The notes under the pieces were generated by a model. It was given only the letters and a program-made list of their open reading frames with translations. It searched no databases and was not told the origin of the DNA. A program made the position numbers and the translations under genes. A stretch of DNA of 64,000 bases, taken from positions 4,111 through 68,110 of the forward strand of contig CALIBI010000001.1 of assembly GCA_938045815.1 (NCBI GenBank), read 5' to 3'. This document shows, one piece after another, positions 18,365 through 28,785 of the stretch. Numbering within the stretch: the first letter of the stretch is position 1; each line of letters starts with the position of its first letter. The DNA is from an uncultured Sulfolobales archaeon. Lineage in GTDB: Archaea; Thermoproteota; Thermoprotei_A; Sulfolobales; NBVN01.

Positions 18365-19717
18365 GTGGTCTCGTATGATGTGGTCGTAATAGGTTCTGGG
18401 ATTGCTGGTGCTTCACTAGCTTACTTCCTGAGTAGGAGTGGCTTCAAGACCTTGGTAGTGGATGTCAAACCTTTTGAGAGAATAGGTGATAAACCCTGCG
18501 GTGACGCTATAGGCAAGCACCACTTTGATGAGTTAGGGCTTGAGGCACCTCCCGACGACGTAATAGAGGGTTACGTGGAGGGCATTGACGTTTATTCCCC
18601 TCTAGAGAAGGTGAAGTATAGGGTCGTTGGCGAGGGTTATGAAATCCATCGAGTAAAATATACTAAGTACTTATTAAGTGAGGCTATTAATAGGGGCGTA
18701 GACTTCTGGGGAGAGACTCAAGGAGTAGAGCCTCTAGTCAAAGAAGGCTTCGTCGTCGGTGTTTCCGTATGGGTTAGAGGTAAGGGAAAACACGAAGTAA
18801 GTTCTAAGATCTTAGTAGATGCTTCAGGAATGGCTAGAGCCATAGTTAGGAGACTTGATGATAAGTGGCCCGTAAGAGAAGATATAGACCAGAAAGACCT
18901 GAATATAGCGTATAGAGAGGTCAGAAGACTGAAGAAAGAGATAGAGGAGCCGGAAATCCTCAGAATCTACGTAAGCAAGAAGATAGCTCCAGGAGGGTAC
19001 TGGTGGTTTTTCCCCTACTCCAAAGAAAGAAATGTAGTTAATGTTGGTTTAGGTACTCAGGGCGGCATGAATTACCCCAATCCTAAAGACCTCCTACATC
19101 AGCACATCATAAGTAGGGAAGAATTCGCGGGTAGTGAGGTTATTGAGGCTGGCGGTGCTGCAGTACCCACGAGAAGACCTATAAAAACTCTTGTCTGGAA
19201 CGGCATCGCGGTAACGGGGGATGCTGCTTACGCGGTGAATCCAGTACATGGAGGCGGTAAGGGCTCCGCTATGCTAGCTTCTTGGTGTATCTCCAAATCA
19301 ATAATTCACGCGCTAGAGACGGGTGATTCTTCAGCTAGGAGCTTGTGGGAAGCTAACATATGCTTTAATAGGAGATACGGTGCTAAGCAAGCAGCACTCG
19401 ACATATTCAGGCTCTTCCTCCAGAAACTAAGTGATGATGATCTGGAGTACGGAATGAGTAGGAAAATAATAAAAGAGGAAGACCTCAATGAAGTTTCTCT
19501 TAGAGGTGACCTAGAACTCAGCGTTGTTGAGAAAGCTATGAGGTTATTAGCTGGCTTGTCTAGACCGTCTCTCCTCTTCAAGCTCCGTAGAGTTGCTCAC
19601 TACATGAGCGACGTTAAGCGCCTCTACCTAAACTACCCTGAAGAACCTGAAGGTCTCCTTAAGTGGTATGAGGAGGTTGAGAAACTATACTCTAGATTTA
19701 AGGAAGAAATAAGTTAA
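18365..19717 (+). CDS. Digeranylgeranylglycerophospholipid reductase (geranylgeranyl reductase family)
   Basis: GSGIAG FAD motif, KPCGDA, GYWWFFP, GDAAYAVNPVHGGG. Confidence 0.9.
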   Translation: MVSYDVVVIGSGIAGASLAYFLSRSGFKTLVVDVKPFERIGDKPCGDAIGKHHFDELGLEAPPDDVIEGYVEGIDVYSPLEKVKYRVVGEGYEIHRVKYTKYLLSEAINRGVDFWGETQGVEPLVKEGFVVGVSVWVRGKGKHEVSSKILVDASGMARAIVRRLDDKWPVREDIDQKDLNIAYREVRRLKKEIEEPEILRIYVSKKIAPGGYWWFFPYSKERNVVNVGLGTQGGMNYPNPKDLLHQHIISREEFAGSEVIEAGGAAVPTRRPIKTLVWNGIAVTGDAAYAVNPVHGGGKGSAMLASWCISKSIIHALETGDSSARSLWEANICFNRRYGAKQAALDIFRLFLQKLSDDDLEYGMSRKIIKEEDLNEVSLRGDLELSVVEKAMRLLAGLSRPSLLFKLRRVAHYMSDVKRLYLNYPEEPEGLLKWYEEVEKLYSRFKEEIS

Positions 19718-21525
19718 GCGAGTATGGAGTCTTTAATCCACGGATACATGTTGATCCACTTACTAATGAAGTCTTTATACGTCTTTATGTAAAGTGGGTG
19801 TGACGTCATCTTCTTTATCAGATCTAGGTTTCTCCTATACTTTACTGCCTCCCCTATACTATTAGTTCCTTTCATTCTTGCCCACTCCTCTAGAGTGAAC
19901 ATGTACTTCTTCTGCACATAATCTCTATACACGTCGTTAAGTACGTTGAACGTGCAGAACGGGACAACACGACCGTCAGGCATTAAGTAATGCACATTGC
20001 ATCTCATAACCCTCTCGACATCATAGTTGTAGAGATCCATGAAGTGCATCATGCCTAGGAAAGTAAACTTGTAGTGCCACTCACCAAGAGACTCGTACGT
20101 ATGCTTAACTAGCACCTCACTTACGAGCTTACGCAAGACCCCCTTAATTTCTGAGGGTACGTCACTCCACCTAATGTACTTCAACAGCGCCGAGATCACT
20201 AGCTTAGACCCGACTAAGTACCTGCTCCCACCACTCTTCAGCTCCATAGACTTTTCTTTAAGGTAGTCTAGGAAGCCCTGAACATCTATCATCTTGGTGA
20301 TAGGTACGTATTCGGGCTCCCCGTCATCCATTCTCACGTATATGTAGGTCCCCACACCGCATTCTGGGTGGTTAGCCATCTCAAACTTAAACACGCCGCT
20401 AAAGCCCTCAACGAATTCTGATATAGGTACTGACGCTGGTACGGGGAACCAATCACTAACCTTTATTTGTCCATTAGTCTGCTCTTCTATTAGCTTAGCA
20501 ACATCATATATGGTGACTCTTAGTTCGTCTCTCTCAGCCTTCTTTATCATTCCGGTCAGAGATACTGGTTGTAGGTTGACTGACCTGATTATGTCTTTGT
20601 TAAGTGCGGCAAACTTTATTATGTCTCCTAACTCGTGCGTGTTAAGACCTCTGATAACCGTGGGAACTAATACTACGCTAGTCATTCCAGATTTCCTAAA
20701 CGCGTCCAGAGCGAAGGGGACTTCCCAATGATTCTTAGGATTTGCTTGCGGCGAGACTCCGTCGAAGCTCATGTATATTGTGTTGACCCCCGCCTCCCTC
20801 AAATCTCTGGAGAACTTGACTGCAGCTTCCTCACCATCAAACAAGTACAGCTTAGCGAACTTAGTTATATTAGTATTTAACTGGATATGCTTAACCCCCA
20901 TCTCCCTCAGTAACCTAACTATCTCGACTATATCTTCTCTTAAGGTAGGTTCACCGCCAGTTAGTTGGACAGCTGGCGTGACACCCTGCTTAAGGAGTTG
21001 CTGAATCATAAACTTAATCTGCTCTATCGTTGGTTCGTAAACGAATCCTGATTTCTCGGCAAAGAAGAAGCAATACCAGCAGTCTAAGTCACACCTATTT
21101 GTTAAGACTAGGTTAGCTAATGCTGTGTGATTCTTATGTATGGGGCACAAACCACAACTGTATGGGCATGGAGCAGAGAGATTCGTATAGACGTGTCTAG
21201 GACCCCTACCCTCAACATACCACTTCTCTATTCTCTTAGCGAACTCAGAACTACCCTGATATAGCTCTTCAATCTCCCCGTGCTCGGGACACTCCTTCCT
21301 TATGTATAGCTTCCCGTCCCTCTCAAAAACAACTGCAGGTAGTAACGCATAGCAGTAGGGACATATAGACTGCGTCATCCTAAACAGTTTCTCACCTTCA
21401 TTCAGCTTAGGTAGAGAACCCCATACCCTAACCTCCCTATCAGCTATCCTAATAGTTCGCGTCGTCTGGTCATAAAATGAAGGAGTTATTAATTTTCCTT
21501 CCTCAGAGTTTTGGTCGTTACTCAA
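19714..21525 (-). CDS. tes: Tetraether lipid synthase (radical SAM, MJ0619-like)
   Basis: CPYC..CPEHG metal site, CPYSCGLC..H, radical SAM CDLDCWYC, MHFMDLYNYDVERVMRCNVHY...PFC auxiliary-cluster region. Confidence 0.9.
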   Translation of the reverse strand: MSNDQNSEEGKLITPSFYDQTTRTIRIADREVRVWGSLPKLNEGEKLFRMTQSICPYCYALLPAVVFERDGKLYIRKECPEHGEIEELYQGSSEFAKRIEKWYVEGRGPRHVYTNLSAPCPYSCGLCPIHKNHTALANLVLTNRCDLDCWYCFFFAEKSGFVYEPTIEQIKFMIQQLLKQGVTPAVQLTGGEPTLREDIVEIVRLLREMGVKHIQLNTNITKFAKLYLFDGEEAAVKFSRDLREAGVNTIYMSFDGVSPQANPKNHWEVPFALDAFRKSGMTSVVLVPTVIRGLNTHELGDIIKFAALNKDIIRSVNLQPVSLTGMIKKAERDELRVTIYDVAKLIEEQTNGQIKVSDWFPVPASVPISEFVEGFSGVFKFEMANHPECGVGTYIYVRMDDGEPEYVPITKMIDVQGFLDYLKEKSMELKSGGSRYLVGSKLVISALLKYIRWSDVPSEIKGVLRKLVSEVLVKHTYESLGEWHYKFTFLGMMHFMDLYNYDVERVMRCNVHYLMPDGRVVPFCTFNVLNDVYRDYVQKKYMFTLEEWARMKGTNSIGEAVKYRRNLDLIKKMTSHPLYIKTYKDFISKWINMYPWIKDSILA

Positions 21526-21676
21526 CTTGCATTACCTCCTATACTTTCACTCTGTTAATAATAAATACTTTCAGTATTTTTATTGATTCACAACTAATTA
21601 CTTATTCCTAGTAGTTCCGTAATGACAATCACTGCAAGACTTCTACGAGAACAGATAAAGTATTAGTGGGTGGTCT

Positions 21677-22606
21677 TTAGAGCCAGCCTTTAAGATTATC
21701 CCAACCACCACGAAGTTCTTGCTCCTCTAAGTATATGATGCCTGGGTCACCCTCAACAACCTCTCCCACGAGGACATAGTCTTCAGGCATTTCTGCGTCC
21801 GTGAAGATGACTATAGAGTACTCCTCCCCCATGTAGCGTAGGAGCATCCTCAAGTCTATCGAGTATTGTTTTGAAATTTCCATCACCTCCTCACACACGC
21901 TCTCCCTAAGTAACTTCATAGCTACATTATTCATCCTCAAAATCCTCCTCAAAGACTCTAAGCCGTCACTAATGTCTGTAGATGCTCTCACCTCATCAAG
22001 AACTTTCAGGAATTTTAGTGGGGCTTCAGGTCTTTTCAAGTTTTTGAGGAATTTCTTAAGAATTCCATCATCCAGCACCTTCTCGTAGTATATTAGTGCT
22101 GGAATAGAAGAAATACCTAAACACTTAGTTGAGTATACCTTATACCCTGGTTTCAGCCCCTTATTGCTTATTGTGGTTCTCGAAACACCGAGCACGGCGA
22201 CGTCTAGCCACCCATCCTCAGAAATATTAAGATCACCACCCAAGAACAGTGCTTTAAGTGCTTGGCAAGAGTCTCGTAACCCGCGAGCTACGTCCTTAAC
22301 GTCTTCTAGACTCATTTCTTTCTGAAGACCTATAGATACTGTGAGAGCTACTGGAGTACCTCCCTTAGCTATCACGTCAATAGCAGCGCCCAGAGCCACC
22401 CTGTACGCTAGGTCATCAAAACCCATCCACGGGTACTTAGACGTCCTGAATGACGTACCGTCTATCTTCAGAAAAAACCACTCACCCGGGACTCTTAAAG
22501 CTCCCGCGTCGTCTAAGTAACCGAAAGGTATTCCAGCATAATACTCACCAAGTATATCAACAATAACTTCAATCAACTCATGCTCACTAAACCCACTAAC
22601 ACTCAT
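21677..22606 (-). CDS. thiL: Thiamine-monophosphate kinase
   Basis: DDAG, KIDG, DVIAKGG, GGDL and TDISDGL motifs. Confidence 0.88.
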   Translation of the reverse strand: MSVSGFSEHELIEVIVDILGEYYAGIPFGYLDDAGALRVPGEWFFLKIDGTSFRTSKYPWMGFDDLAYRVALGAAIDVIAKGGTPVALTVSIGLQKEMSLEDVKDVARGLRDSCQALKALFLGGDLNISEDGWLDVAVLGVSRTTISNKGLKPGYKVYSTKCLGISSIPALIYYEKVLDDGILKKFLKNLKRPEAPLKFLKVLDEVRASTDISDGLESLRRILRMNNVAMKLLRESVCEEVMEISKQYSIDLRMLLRYMGEEYSIVIFTDAEMPEDYVLVGEVVEGDPGIIYLEEQELRGGWDNLKGWL

Positions 22607-22663
22607 TAACTACGCCCAAGTAGAAATAGAGTTATAAGAATTAATAGTGTTATATCATGTAGG

Positions 22664-23980
22664 GTGGCTACTCAAGTGCTCAGAAGTCTTAGTAGGGTTA
22701 GAACCCACTTCCTGCTCACTCTCTTACTAGTCCTCATAATTTTTTCTTTGTGGTCGTTACACGCGACTCCAGTCGTTAGCTACGCTCAGGAAAGCCCCAG
22801 CTACGACGTATTTAACTTCCTATACGTGGACGTAGCCGCAATCACGTACGCAAGTAACGTTTCTGAGGGGTATTTCGAAGTACCTATCAACTACACCGAA
22901 CCACACTATACTCAGGTCGTGCACGTCTCCAGAATTGGTGGGGACGTTATTATTGATTCTTCAGGAAGCAACACTGTCTTCAAGATACCTATAAATAATA
23001 ATACGCGAGGTTTTGTAGTGCTGAACGTCACGTTGATTCGTGAGTCACGTAAGGAGTTAAATATTGTGGTGCAAGCTCTATACCTCGGGAATATATACCT
23101 CTATGACTACCCCTACCCCGAAGAAGTTGTGAGTAAGTATGTGTTGCAGCCTAATGAGAAGGTGGTTGAGATTGTTGTTCCTCTTTTTGAGGAGTGGATG
23201 CGAAGCAAGTTTTCATCGATTAACTTAAGCAGAGTATCTAAAACATTCCTAGCTATTTGGGCAGCCAAATACATATATGGGGATGACCTCATAAAGTATA
23301 ACGCCGGCTCAATACCTAGATCCTTAGACGAGGTTCTGGAGAAGAGGGAAGGTGACTGCGACGATAAATCAAGAATACTTCTCAGCCTGCTCTGGTATTA
23401 CGGCATCCCAGCAAAGATACAGTACGGCTACGTTTACCTGAATTTCGATTACGTAGCAGATGTTTACGGTTCTCTCACCAGATTTATTAATGCGGGACCT
23501 CACGCGTACGTGATTATCTACGTGCCTACCGTCGGGTGGGTTTCAGTAGATTTCCTTGCGTGGGCACGCCTCTACAGACCAACACTCATAACAGGTGAAT
23601 CAACGTACTCTACCGTGACTAGCGAAGACCTGAAGGAAATCGAGAAATTCTATACTTCTTTCAGGTACCTTGAGTTAATAGAAATGCATGAGTCCAGCAA
23701 TCTACCTGACGACCTGATTAGAGACTTACTAAGTGATGACTTGATGGGCAGGCTGGAGAGAATGTTTAGTGAAGAACCTCAAGAAACTAATACCACCACC
23801 GATGAGTCGAGCACGACACAGCCTCCCACTACACAGACCACCGACACTCATTACGAAGAAACAGAAAAGACTGAAGTAACAGCTCTTGAAGCATCCCTTA
23901 AGATCTTCTTAATAATCGCTCCAGTAGTAGGTGCTGCTATATTGTTGCTGGTTATTCTGAAGGTTAAACGACGATCTTAA
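22664..23980 (+). CDS. Membrane-anchored transglutaminase-like protein
   Basis: Signal peptide, GDCDDKS / HAY / WVSVD triad, Thr-rich linker, C-terminal TM. Confidence 0.85.
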   Translation: MATQVLRSLSRVRTHFLLTLLLVLIIFSLWSLHATPVVSYAQESPSYDVFNFLYVDVAAITYASNVSEGYFEVPINYTEPHYTQVVHVSRIGGDVIIDSSGSNTVFKIPINNNTRGFVVLNVTLIRESRKELNIVVQALYLGNIYLYDYPYPEEVVSKYVLQPNEKVVEIVVPLFEEWMRSKFSSINLSRVSKTFLAIWAAKYIYGDDLIKYNAGSIPRSLDEVLEKREGDCDDKSRILLSLLWYYGIPAKIQYGYVYLNFDYVADVYGSLTRFINAGPHAYVIIYVPTVGWVSVDFLAWARLYRPTLITGESTYSTVTSEDLKEIEKFYTSFRYLELIEMHESSNLPDDLIRDLLSDDLMGRLERMFSEEPQETNTTTDESSTTQPPTTQTTDTHYEETEKTEVTALEASLKIFLIIAPVVGAAILLLVILKVKRRS

Positions 23981-24005
23981 TCATTATTAAGCAAGTGATT
24001 AACGT

Positions 24006-24317
24006 ATGTGTAGTGAGTCGATTCTCTGTGAGGTTTGTGAGGAGAAGCCTGCTGTCGGGAGATGCAGGATATGCGGTAGGTACGTTTGCGATGAGCACTT
24101 GAATAAAGAGGGTGTTTGCGTAGTTTGCGTAGATTTGATGTGCAGAATATGCAATACTAGACTCTCAGTAACTTCATGTGTTGTGTGCGGCAAGCCTGTT
24201 TGCAGGACCTGCTCAATAGAGCTAGAACCCGGGATCCGTGTATGTAAATACTGCATTAACGATCTTTCAGCTCTTAAGGAGCTAGGACTGCTTCCTAAGC
24301 TTACCGAGAATATTTAG
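24006..24317 (+). CDS. Cys-rich tandem zinc-finger (B-box-like) protein
   Basis: Eight CxxC/CxxH pairs arranged as two repeats. Confidence 0.72.
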   Translation: MCSESILCEVCEEKPAVGRCRICGRYVCDEHLNKEGVCVVCVDLMCRICNTRLSVTSCVVCGKPVCRTCSIELEPGIRVCKYCINDLSALKELGLLPKLTENI

Positions 24318-24370
24318 GGTTCCTAAAATCAGTGATATATCTGGGAGGTAGTGTTTTAGGTTAGGGATGC

Positions 24371-24877
24371 TTGATGGTGTTGGGTGAGCTCAGTCTTAAA
24401 GAATTGATATGCGGTGATCACTACCTCGTTTGCGTAGGTACTGAATTAAGAAGTGATGACGCGGCTGGCTTAAGACTGTGTGAGCTTCTAGTATCACGTG
24501 GTTTCCCTGAAGACAGGGTTATTAAGTGTGAGTTCGGTCTAGAGAATTGTATGTCATTTATTGAGGAATCTTCAGTAAAGAATGCTTTGATAGTGGATGC
24601 TGCGCTGGTTCGGGGGCAGGAAGAAACTCCTGACTACTTTATAGCAAGTATAGACTCAATTAACGATGCAGTAGCTTTAGTAACAACTCACTCAATGCCT
24701 ATTAAGCTTGTTGTAGAGTTGCTGAGGAGTGAAGGTTTGTTTAAGGATGTGTGGGTTTTAGGTATAGTAGCGAGAAACCTTGACTTAGGTGAGGAAATCA
24801 GTCCGGAAGTGCAGGAAACCATAAACTACCTAGCAGACTTAATTATTAAGACTTTAAGTACGTGCATTACTAAATAA
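24371..24877 (+). CDS. hycI: Hydrogenase maturation endopeptidase (HycI type)
   Basis: G.ELRSDDAAG, IVDAA and TTHSMP metal ligands; abuts the Mbh cluster. Confidence 0.88.
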   Translation: MMVLGELSLKELICGDHYLVCVGTELRSDDAAGLRLCELLVSRGFPEDRVIKCEFGLENCMSFIEESSVKNALIVDAALVRGQEETPDYFIASIDSINDAVALVTTHSMPIKLVVELLRSEGLFKDVWVLGIVARNLDLGEEISPEVQETINYLADLIIKTLSTCITK

Positions 24878-25877
24878 AACTCAGCACAACCACCGAGAGA
24901 ATCAGAGCTACTAACGCAGGTATTAACGCGTACTTGATTACTGACGTTACCCCCTGTTCTATCCTGAACCTACCGAAGGAAGACTTGAGAATAGTTATGG
25001 TGGTGAGGACCGCTAAGTATTTCAAGATAGTAGTTAAGACCCCTAACACTAAGTTCTCACTAAACGGGTGTGGGCCTCCTAAAAACATGAAGGTAACTAC
25101 TAGCGAGAGAACGTAGAGGTCTGCATCATGAAGGAAGTTAAAAAGTGCTAGAAGAGGGCCGCTGAACTCTGTCTCCACACCAGCTATTAACTCTTGTTCT
25201 GCTTCAGGTATATTGAATGGCGGGAGCATCAGTTTAGATTGTATAGAGATTAAGGCCGCTATAGTTGCTAGGAGCATAGGTATTGCCGTCAACGGGTTAA
25301 GCCACAACCTCCACGCGGTCTCGACTGCCACACTAACAGAGAAGACTGGTCCTCTTCTAGCGACGAAGCTTGTTAGGTAAACTGGAACTATCACTGCAGT
25401 GAAGAATGCAGGTTCAGCAACAGCCAAAATTGATGAGTATCTTGAGACGCCCTTGATCGCGAAGGGGTTTGTTAGCGAGGTAAACATGAGTAATTCTGAG
25501 ACAGCTACCCAGACACCGAGAAGGTAGATTAAGAGTATCACGTCAAAATCGGAAGCTATCCTTACTGGCGATATAGGTAGTAAGAATAGCGAGGTTGTCA
25601 GAGCTCCAATCCCTATACAACCGAAAATCCTGGCAAGCGTAACGCTACCATACTTATAACTAGGTTCTGTCTTCACTAGGAGTAGTTTAAGGAAGTCTGC
25701 GAAAGGCTGTAGTATGCCGAGAGGTCCTACGTAAGAGGGACCCATTCTTCTTTGAGTTCTAGCAAATAATTTCCTCACCCACCACTCACTAAGCATTGAA
25801 GCGATCCAGAGTATTAGGAGATTCTGGAATACTAGCACGCTGAAGATACCTAACGAAGTAAGCGTTAGTTCGTTCAC
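24870..25877 (-). CDS. mbhM: Membrane-bound hydrogenase subunit M (NuoH-like)
   Basis: RRMGPSYVGPLGILQPFADFLKL, PFNIPEAEQEL..G..TEFSG. Confidence 0.9.
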   Translation of the reverse strand: MNELTLTSLGIFSVLVFQNLLILWIASMLSEWWVRKLFARTQRRMGPSYVGPLGILQPFADFLKLLLVKTEPSYKYGSVTLARIFGCIGIGALTTSLFLLPISPVRIASDFDVILLIYLLGVWVAVSELLMFTSLTNPFAIKGVSRYSSILAVAEPAFFTAVIVPVYLTSFVARRGPVFSVSVAVETAWRLWLNPLTAIPMLLATIAALISIQSKLMLPPFNIPEAEQELIAGVETEFSGPLLALFNFLHDADLYVLSLVVTFMFLGGPHPFSENLVLGVLTTILKYLAVLTTITILKSSFGRFRIEQGVTSVIKYALIPALVALILSVVVLSFI

Positions 25878-25882
25878 CTAAA

Positions 25883-26239
25883 TCACCTCGTGAAATATAT
25901 GATAATAGAGATTAAAGCTAGCAAGCCTACGTACGTCACCATGTACACACTCCAATCATTTAATACGCCATTATGCATTTGGTCCCTCAGGAACACGTAT
26001 AGTTTGCGACCAGTACCTCTTACTATACCCCAGAAGAGGTTACGTGCCGGGACATCAATAGATCTTATGATGTTCGCTGGCTCCCCACCTATGTAAGGCT
26101 CTGAGTACTCTGAGCTACTATGTGTTGTTTTCCTAGATAATGAGACGTAGATTAAATACATCACAAGAGACGAGAACGCTAACACACCACTCAAGAACAG
26201 AGTAGCTGTCCAGGGGTCTAGATTAAGTTGAGTCACCAC
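25883..26239 (-). CDS. mbhI: Membrane-bound hydrogenase subunit I
   Basis: TM - PYIGGE - HNGVLNDW - TM; position between mbhH and mbhM. Confidence 0.8.
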   Translation of the reverse strand: MVTQLNLDPWTATLFLSGVLAFSSLVMYLIYVSLSRKTTHSSSEYSEPYIGGEPANIIRSIDVPARNLFWGIVRGTGRKLYVFLRDQMHNGVLNDWSVYMVTYVGLLALISIIIYFTR

Positions 26240-26242
26240 TAC

Positions 26243-27844
26243 TCACCCACCCCAAAAAACTAAATAGCCTTGCACCCAGTAATTGAGTATCCCGTCTTTC
26301 GAGGTCGTTGCTTCCACGAAGCCTCGTAACCAGTAACTAATTATAGGTGATAATAATCCTGTTATCAAGCACGCAACACTCAGTACTAGGAGTACTGCTA
26401 AGGGTAGTCTACTAGTTCTCACGAATTCTCTCTTAGGTATTATGAAGAATACTGAGTAGAGTAATCTAACGTACCCTAAGAGTGAAACAGCTGAAATAAT
26501 GTTTATGATTACTGAGATGTAAGGCGCTCCTGCCTCGAGATAGGAAACATAGAGCAGATACTTACTGAAGAACCCTCCGAACGGCGGGATACCTAATAAC
26601 TGAAGAACACCCGTTATTAGCACGATACCTAGTACAGGGTTTTTCCTAGCTACCCCACCCAACTCATCAAGTTTTCTTGTCCCTCCAGCCATGTATATTA
26701 TCACGCCTGACGCGAGGAAGAGCAGAGACTTACCTATGCTGTGGTTTATTAAGTGGTAGAAGGCTCCGGTAAGTCCGTCCACGAACGCTTGTGAATCTGG
26801 TCGAGATATGAGGGAAGAGCCTATAGAGAGTCCTATCAAGACCAAACCAATATGGCTTATCGTCGAATATGCAAGCAACCTCTTAATATCGTCCTGCACA
26901 ACCATCATGAAAGCTCCTATCAGTCCTGAAGCAAGTCCTAAAATAAGCGTTACTAGTAGTATCATGTCTCTTAAGTCACTCATTAAGGAGAATGGGTTAA
27001 ATATCGTGTAGAAGAATCTGAAGATTGCGTACACACCAACATTCACTACAAGACCTGATAACGCAGCTGAGACAGGAGTTGGTGCTTCAGGATGCGCGTC
27101 AGGGAGCCAGAAGTGGTTAGGGAATATCGCTGACTTGAAGGTAAAAGCCCATAACGATAAAGCTAGAGCTACTGCTGTGGCAGCATATATCTGACCATAG
27201 TAAAGACCTGAAACTAGGTTATGACCCCAGAACAGTGTTACTTTATTCGTTAAGTCAGCCATGTTGAGCGTCCCAAAGGAAGCATAAATGAAAACTAACG
27301 CTATGAAGTAGATGGTCGTGGCTACGGCTCCGAACAACCCGTACTTTATGGCTGCTTCAATAGCTTCCGGCTTATTTCTGTGGAAACCTACTAGAGCGTA
27401 AGCACTGATAGACATCACTTCAAGCATAACAAATAGGTTGAAGGCATCGCCAGTGTAGATGCAACCAAGCATCCCTACCTCAAGACCTAAGAGTAAGGTG
27501 TAGTAGTACGGTGCATCCTTTAAACTCCTGATATACCACGCACTATACAGCGTTATCAGGAACATTACTGAAGCAGTTAGTAAAGCTATGAGAGAGTTTA
27601 TCTCGTCTATCTCGTACGATATACCTATTGGAGGCCACCAACCACCAAAAGGATAAGCTTTAGGTCCTTCTCTAACAACTATGTTAAAATTATATGCTGC
27701 TACTATTAACGCGTACAGTGAGGTAATGGACGCGTACGCGTGGAAGAACCTAATATTCTTTATGATCATCCCTAACAAAGGTAGCACGAAAGCAAGACCT
27801 AAGAGTGAGGGAACCAACACACCTATGCTTAGGTAATACATCAC
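26243..27844 (-). CDS. mbhH: Membrane-bound hydrogenase subunit H (MrpD/NuoM-like antiporter subunit)
   Basis: DAFNLFVMLEVM, FKSAIFPNHFWLPDAH, KRLLAYSTISHIG, GIPPFGGFFSK. Confidence 0.92.
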   Translation of the reverse strand: MMYYLSIGVLVPSLLGLAFVLPLLGMIIKNIRFFHAYASITSLYALIVAAYNFNIVVREGPKAYPFGGWWPPIGISYEIDEINSLIALLTASVMFLITLYSAWYIRSLKDAPYYYTLLLGLEVGMLGCIYTGDAFNLFVMLEVMSISAYALVGFHRNKPEAIEAAIKYGLFGAVATTIYFIALVFIYASFGTLNMADLTNKVTLFWGHNLVSGLYYGQIYAATAVALALSLWAFTFKSAIFPNHFWLPDAHPEAPTPVSAALSGLVVNVGVYAIFRFFYTIFNPFSLMSDLRDMILLVTLILGLASGLIGAFMMVVQDDIKRLLAYSTISHIGLVLIGLSIGSSLISRPDSQAFVDGLTGAFYHLINHSIGKSLLFLASGVIIYMAGGTRKLDELGGVARKNPVLGIVLITGVLQLLGIPPFGGFFSKYLLYVSYLEAGAPYISVIINIISAVSLLGYVRLLYSVFFIIPKREFVRTSRLPLAVLLVLSVACLITGLLSPIISYWLRGFVEATTSKDGILNYWVQGYLVFWGG

Positions 27845-27853
27845 CTCACCACC

Positions 27854-28369
27854 TCAGTCAAAAATTCTTTTAGCGAATCTCTCAAAAACTTCTGAGACAT
27901 GCTTCCTCGCCTCAGCAGATTCCGTGGCAACCGCGTTTATCCAGTGAACGTAGAAGGCTTTCTCTTCGGGAAACACGTCAACCACCACAGTACCGGGGGT
28001 GTTAGTTATTGAGTTGGCTATAGTCAGCATAGCGTAATCACTCACAACTTCGTAAGGGACCTTAACTATGCCTGGGTTTATGGGCATTTTAGGGTGTAGT
28101 ATCCTTCTCATTACGTCTAAGTGCGCTCTAACCTCATCTACGAAGAAATATCTTATAGAGTATATGAGGAGCCAGCCAAGCCTCCATACCTGAATTAACT
28201 TGCTGGGATTACTTATAACGAGGTTAGCAGTTATTACTGATGTTGCTAAAGCTACTAGGACCCCAGTAATTAAGTCATAAGCTGATACAGACCCGGAAAA
28301 CACTACATAAATTATAAAAACCAGGAAGAAAACCCCCAAAACCTTACCTACGAACCTCACTTGAGTCAC
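27854..28369 (-). CDS. mbhA: Membrane-bound hydrogenase subunit A (MnhE-like)
   Basis: PINPGIV, ANSITNTPGT, YVHWI. Confidence 0.88.
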   Translation of the reverse strand: MTQVRFVGKVLGVFFLVFIIYVVFSGSVSAYDLITGVLVALATSVITANLVISNPSKLIQVWRLGWLLIYSIRYFFVDEVRAHLDVMRRILHPKMPINPGIVKVPYEVVSDYAMLTIANSITNTPGTVVVDVFPEEKAFYVHWINAVATESAEARKHVSEVFERFAKRIFD

Positions 28370-28785
28370 CCCCTCAACCTAGCTACTCTCCTAACATCTG
28401 TTGTTCCATAAAGTCTGTAGACTTGTAGCGTGAGGAAGATTAAGAATAGTGTGACAGCAAGACCTATAACTATGGCTGTTAAAACTAGTGCTTGAGGTAG
28501 TGGGTCTACAGCTCTGTTAATGAATCGTATCAGGTCCTCGCTTGTTGGTTCAGTGCTAGTTATAACTGGAGGTATAGGTGGTTGTTCTGGTGACGGCCAC
28601 CCCCTATAACCCACAATTATAGCTAGGACATTAGCGGTATCTGAGAATATTGTTAAGGCGATTATCTTCTTTATTAGACTTGGTCTTGCAAAAATACCGT
28701 ACAATGATATGCCTACGTTAAAGAAAAGACTAAACAGCAAGATATTAAACAAGAATGTGTTTAGTTCATTCATACGTCTCACCAC
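28366..28785 (-). CDS. mbhG: Membrane-bound hydrogenase subunit G (MnhC-like)
   Basis: LIKKIIAL, VDPLPQALVLTAIVIG. Confidence 0.9.
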   Translation of the reverse strand: MVRRMNELNTFLFNILLFSLFFNVGISLYGIFARPSLIKKIIALTIFSDTANVLAIIVGYRGWPSPEQPPIPPVITSTEPTSEDLIRFINRAVDPLPQALVLTAIVIGLAVTLFLIFLTLQVYRLYGTTDVRRVARLRG

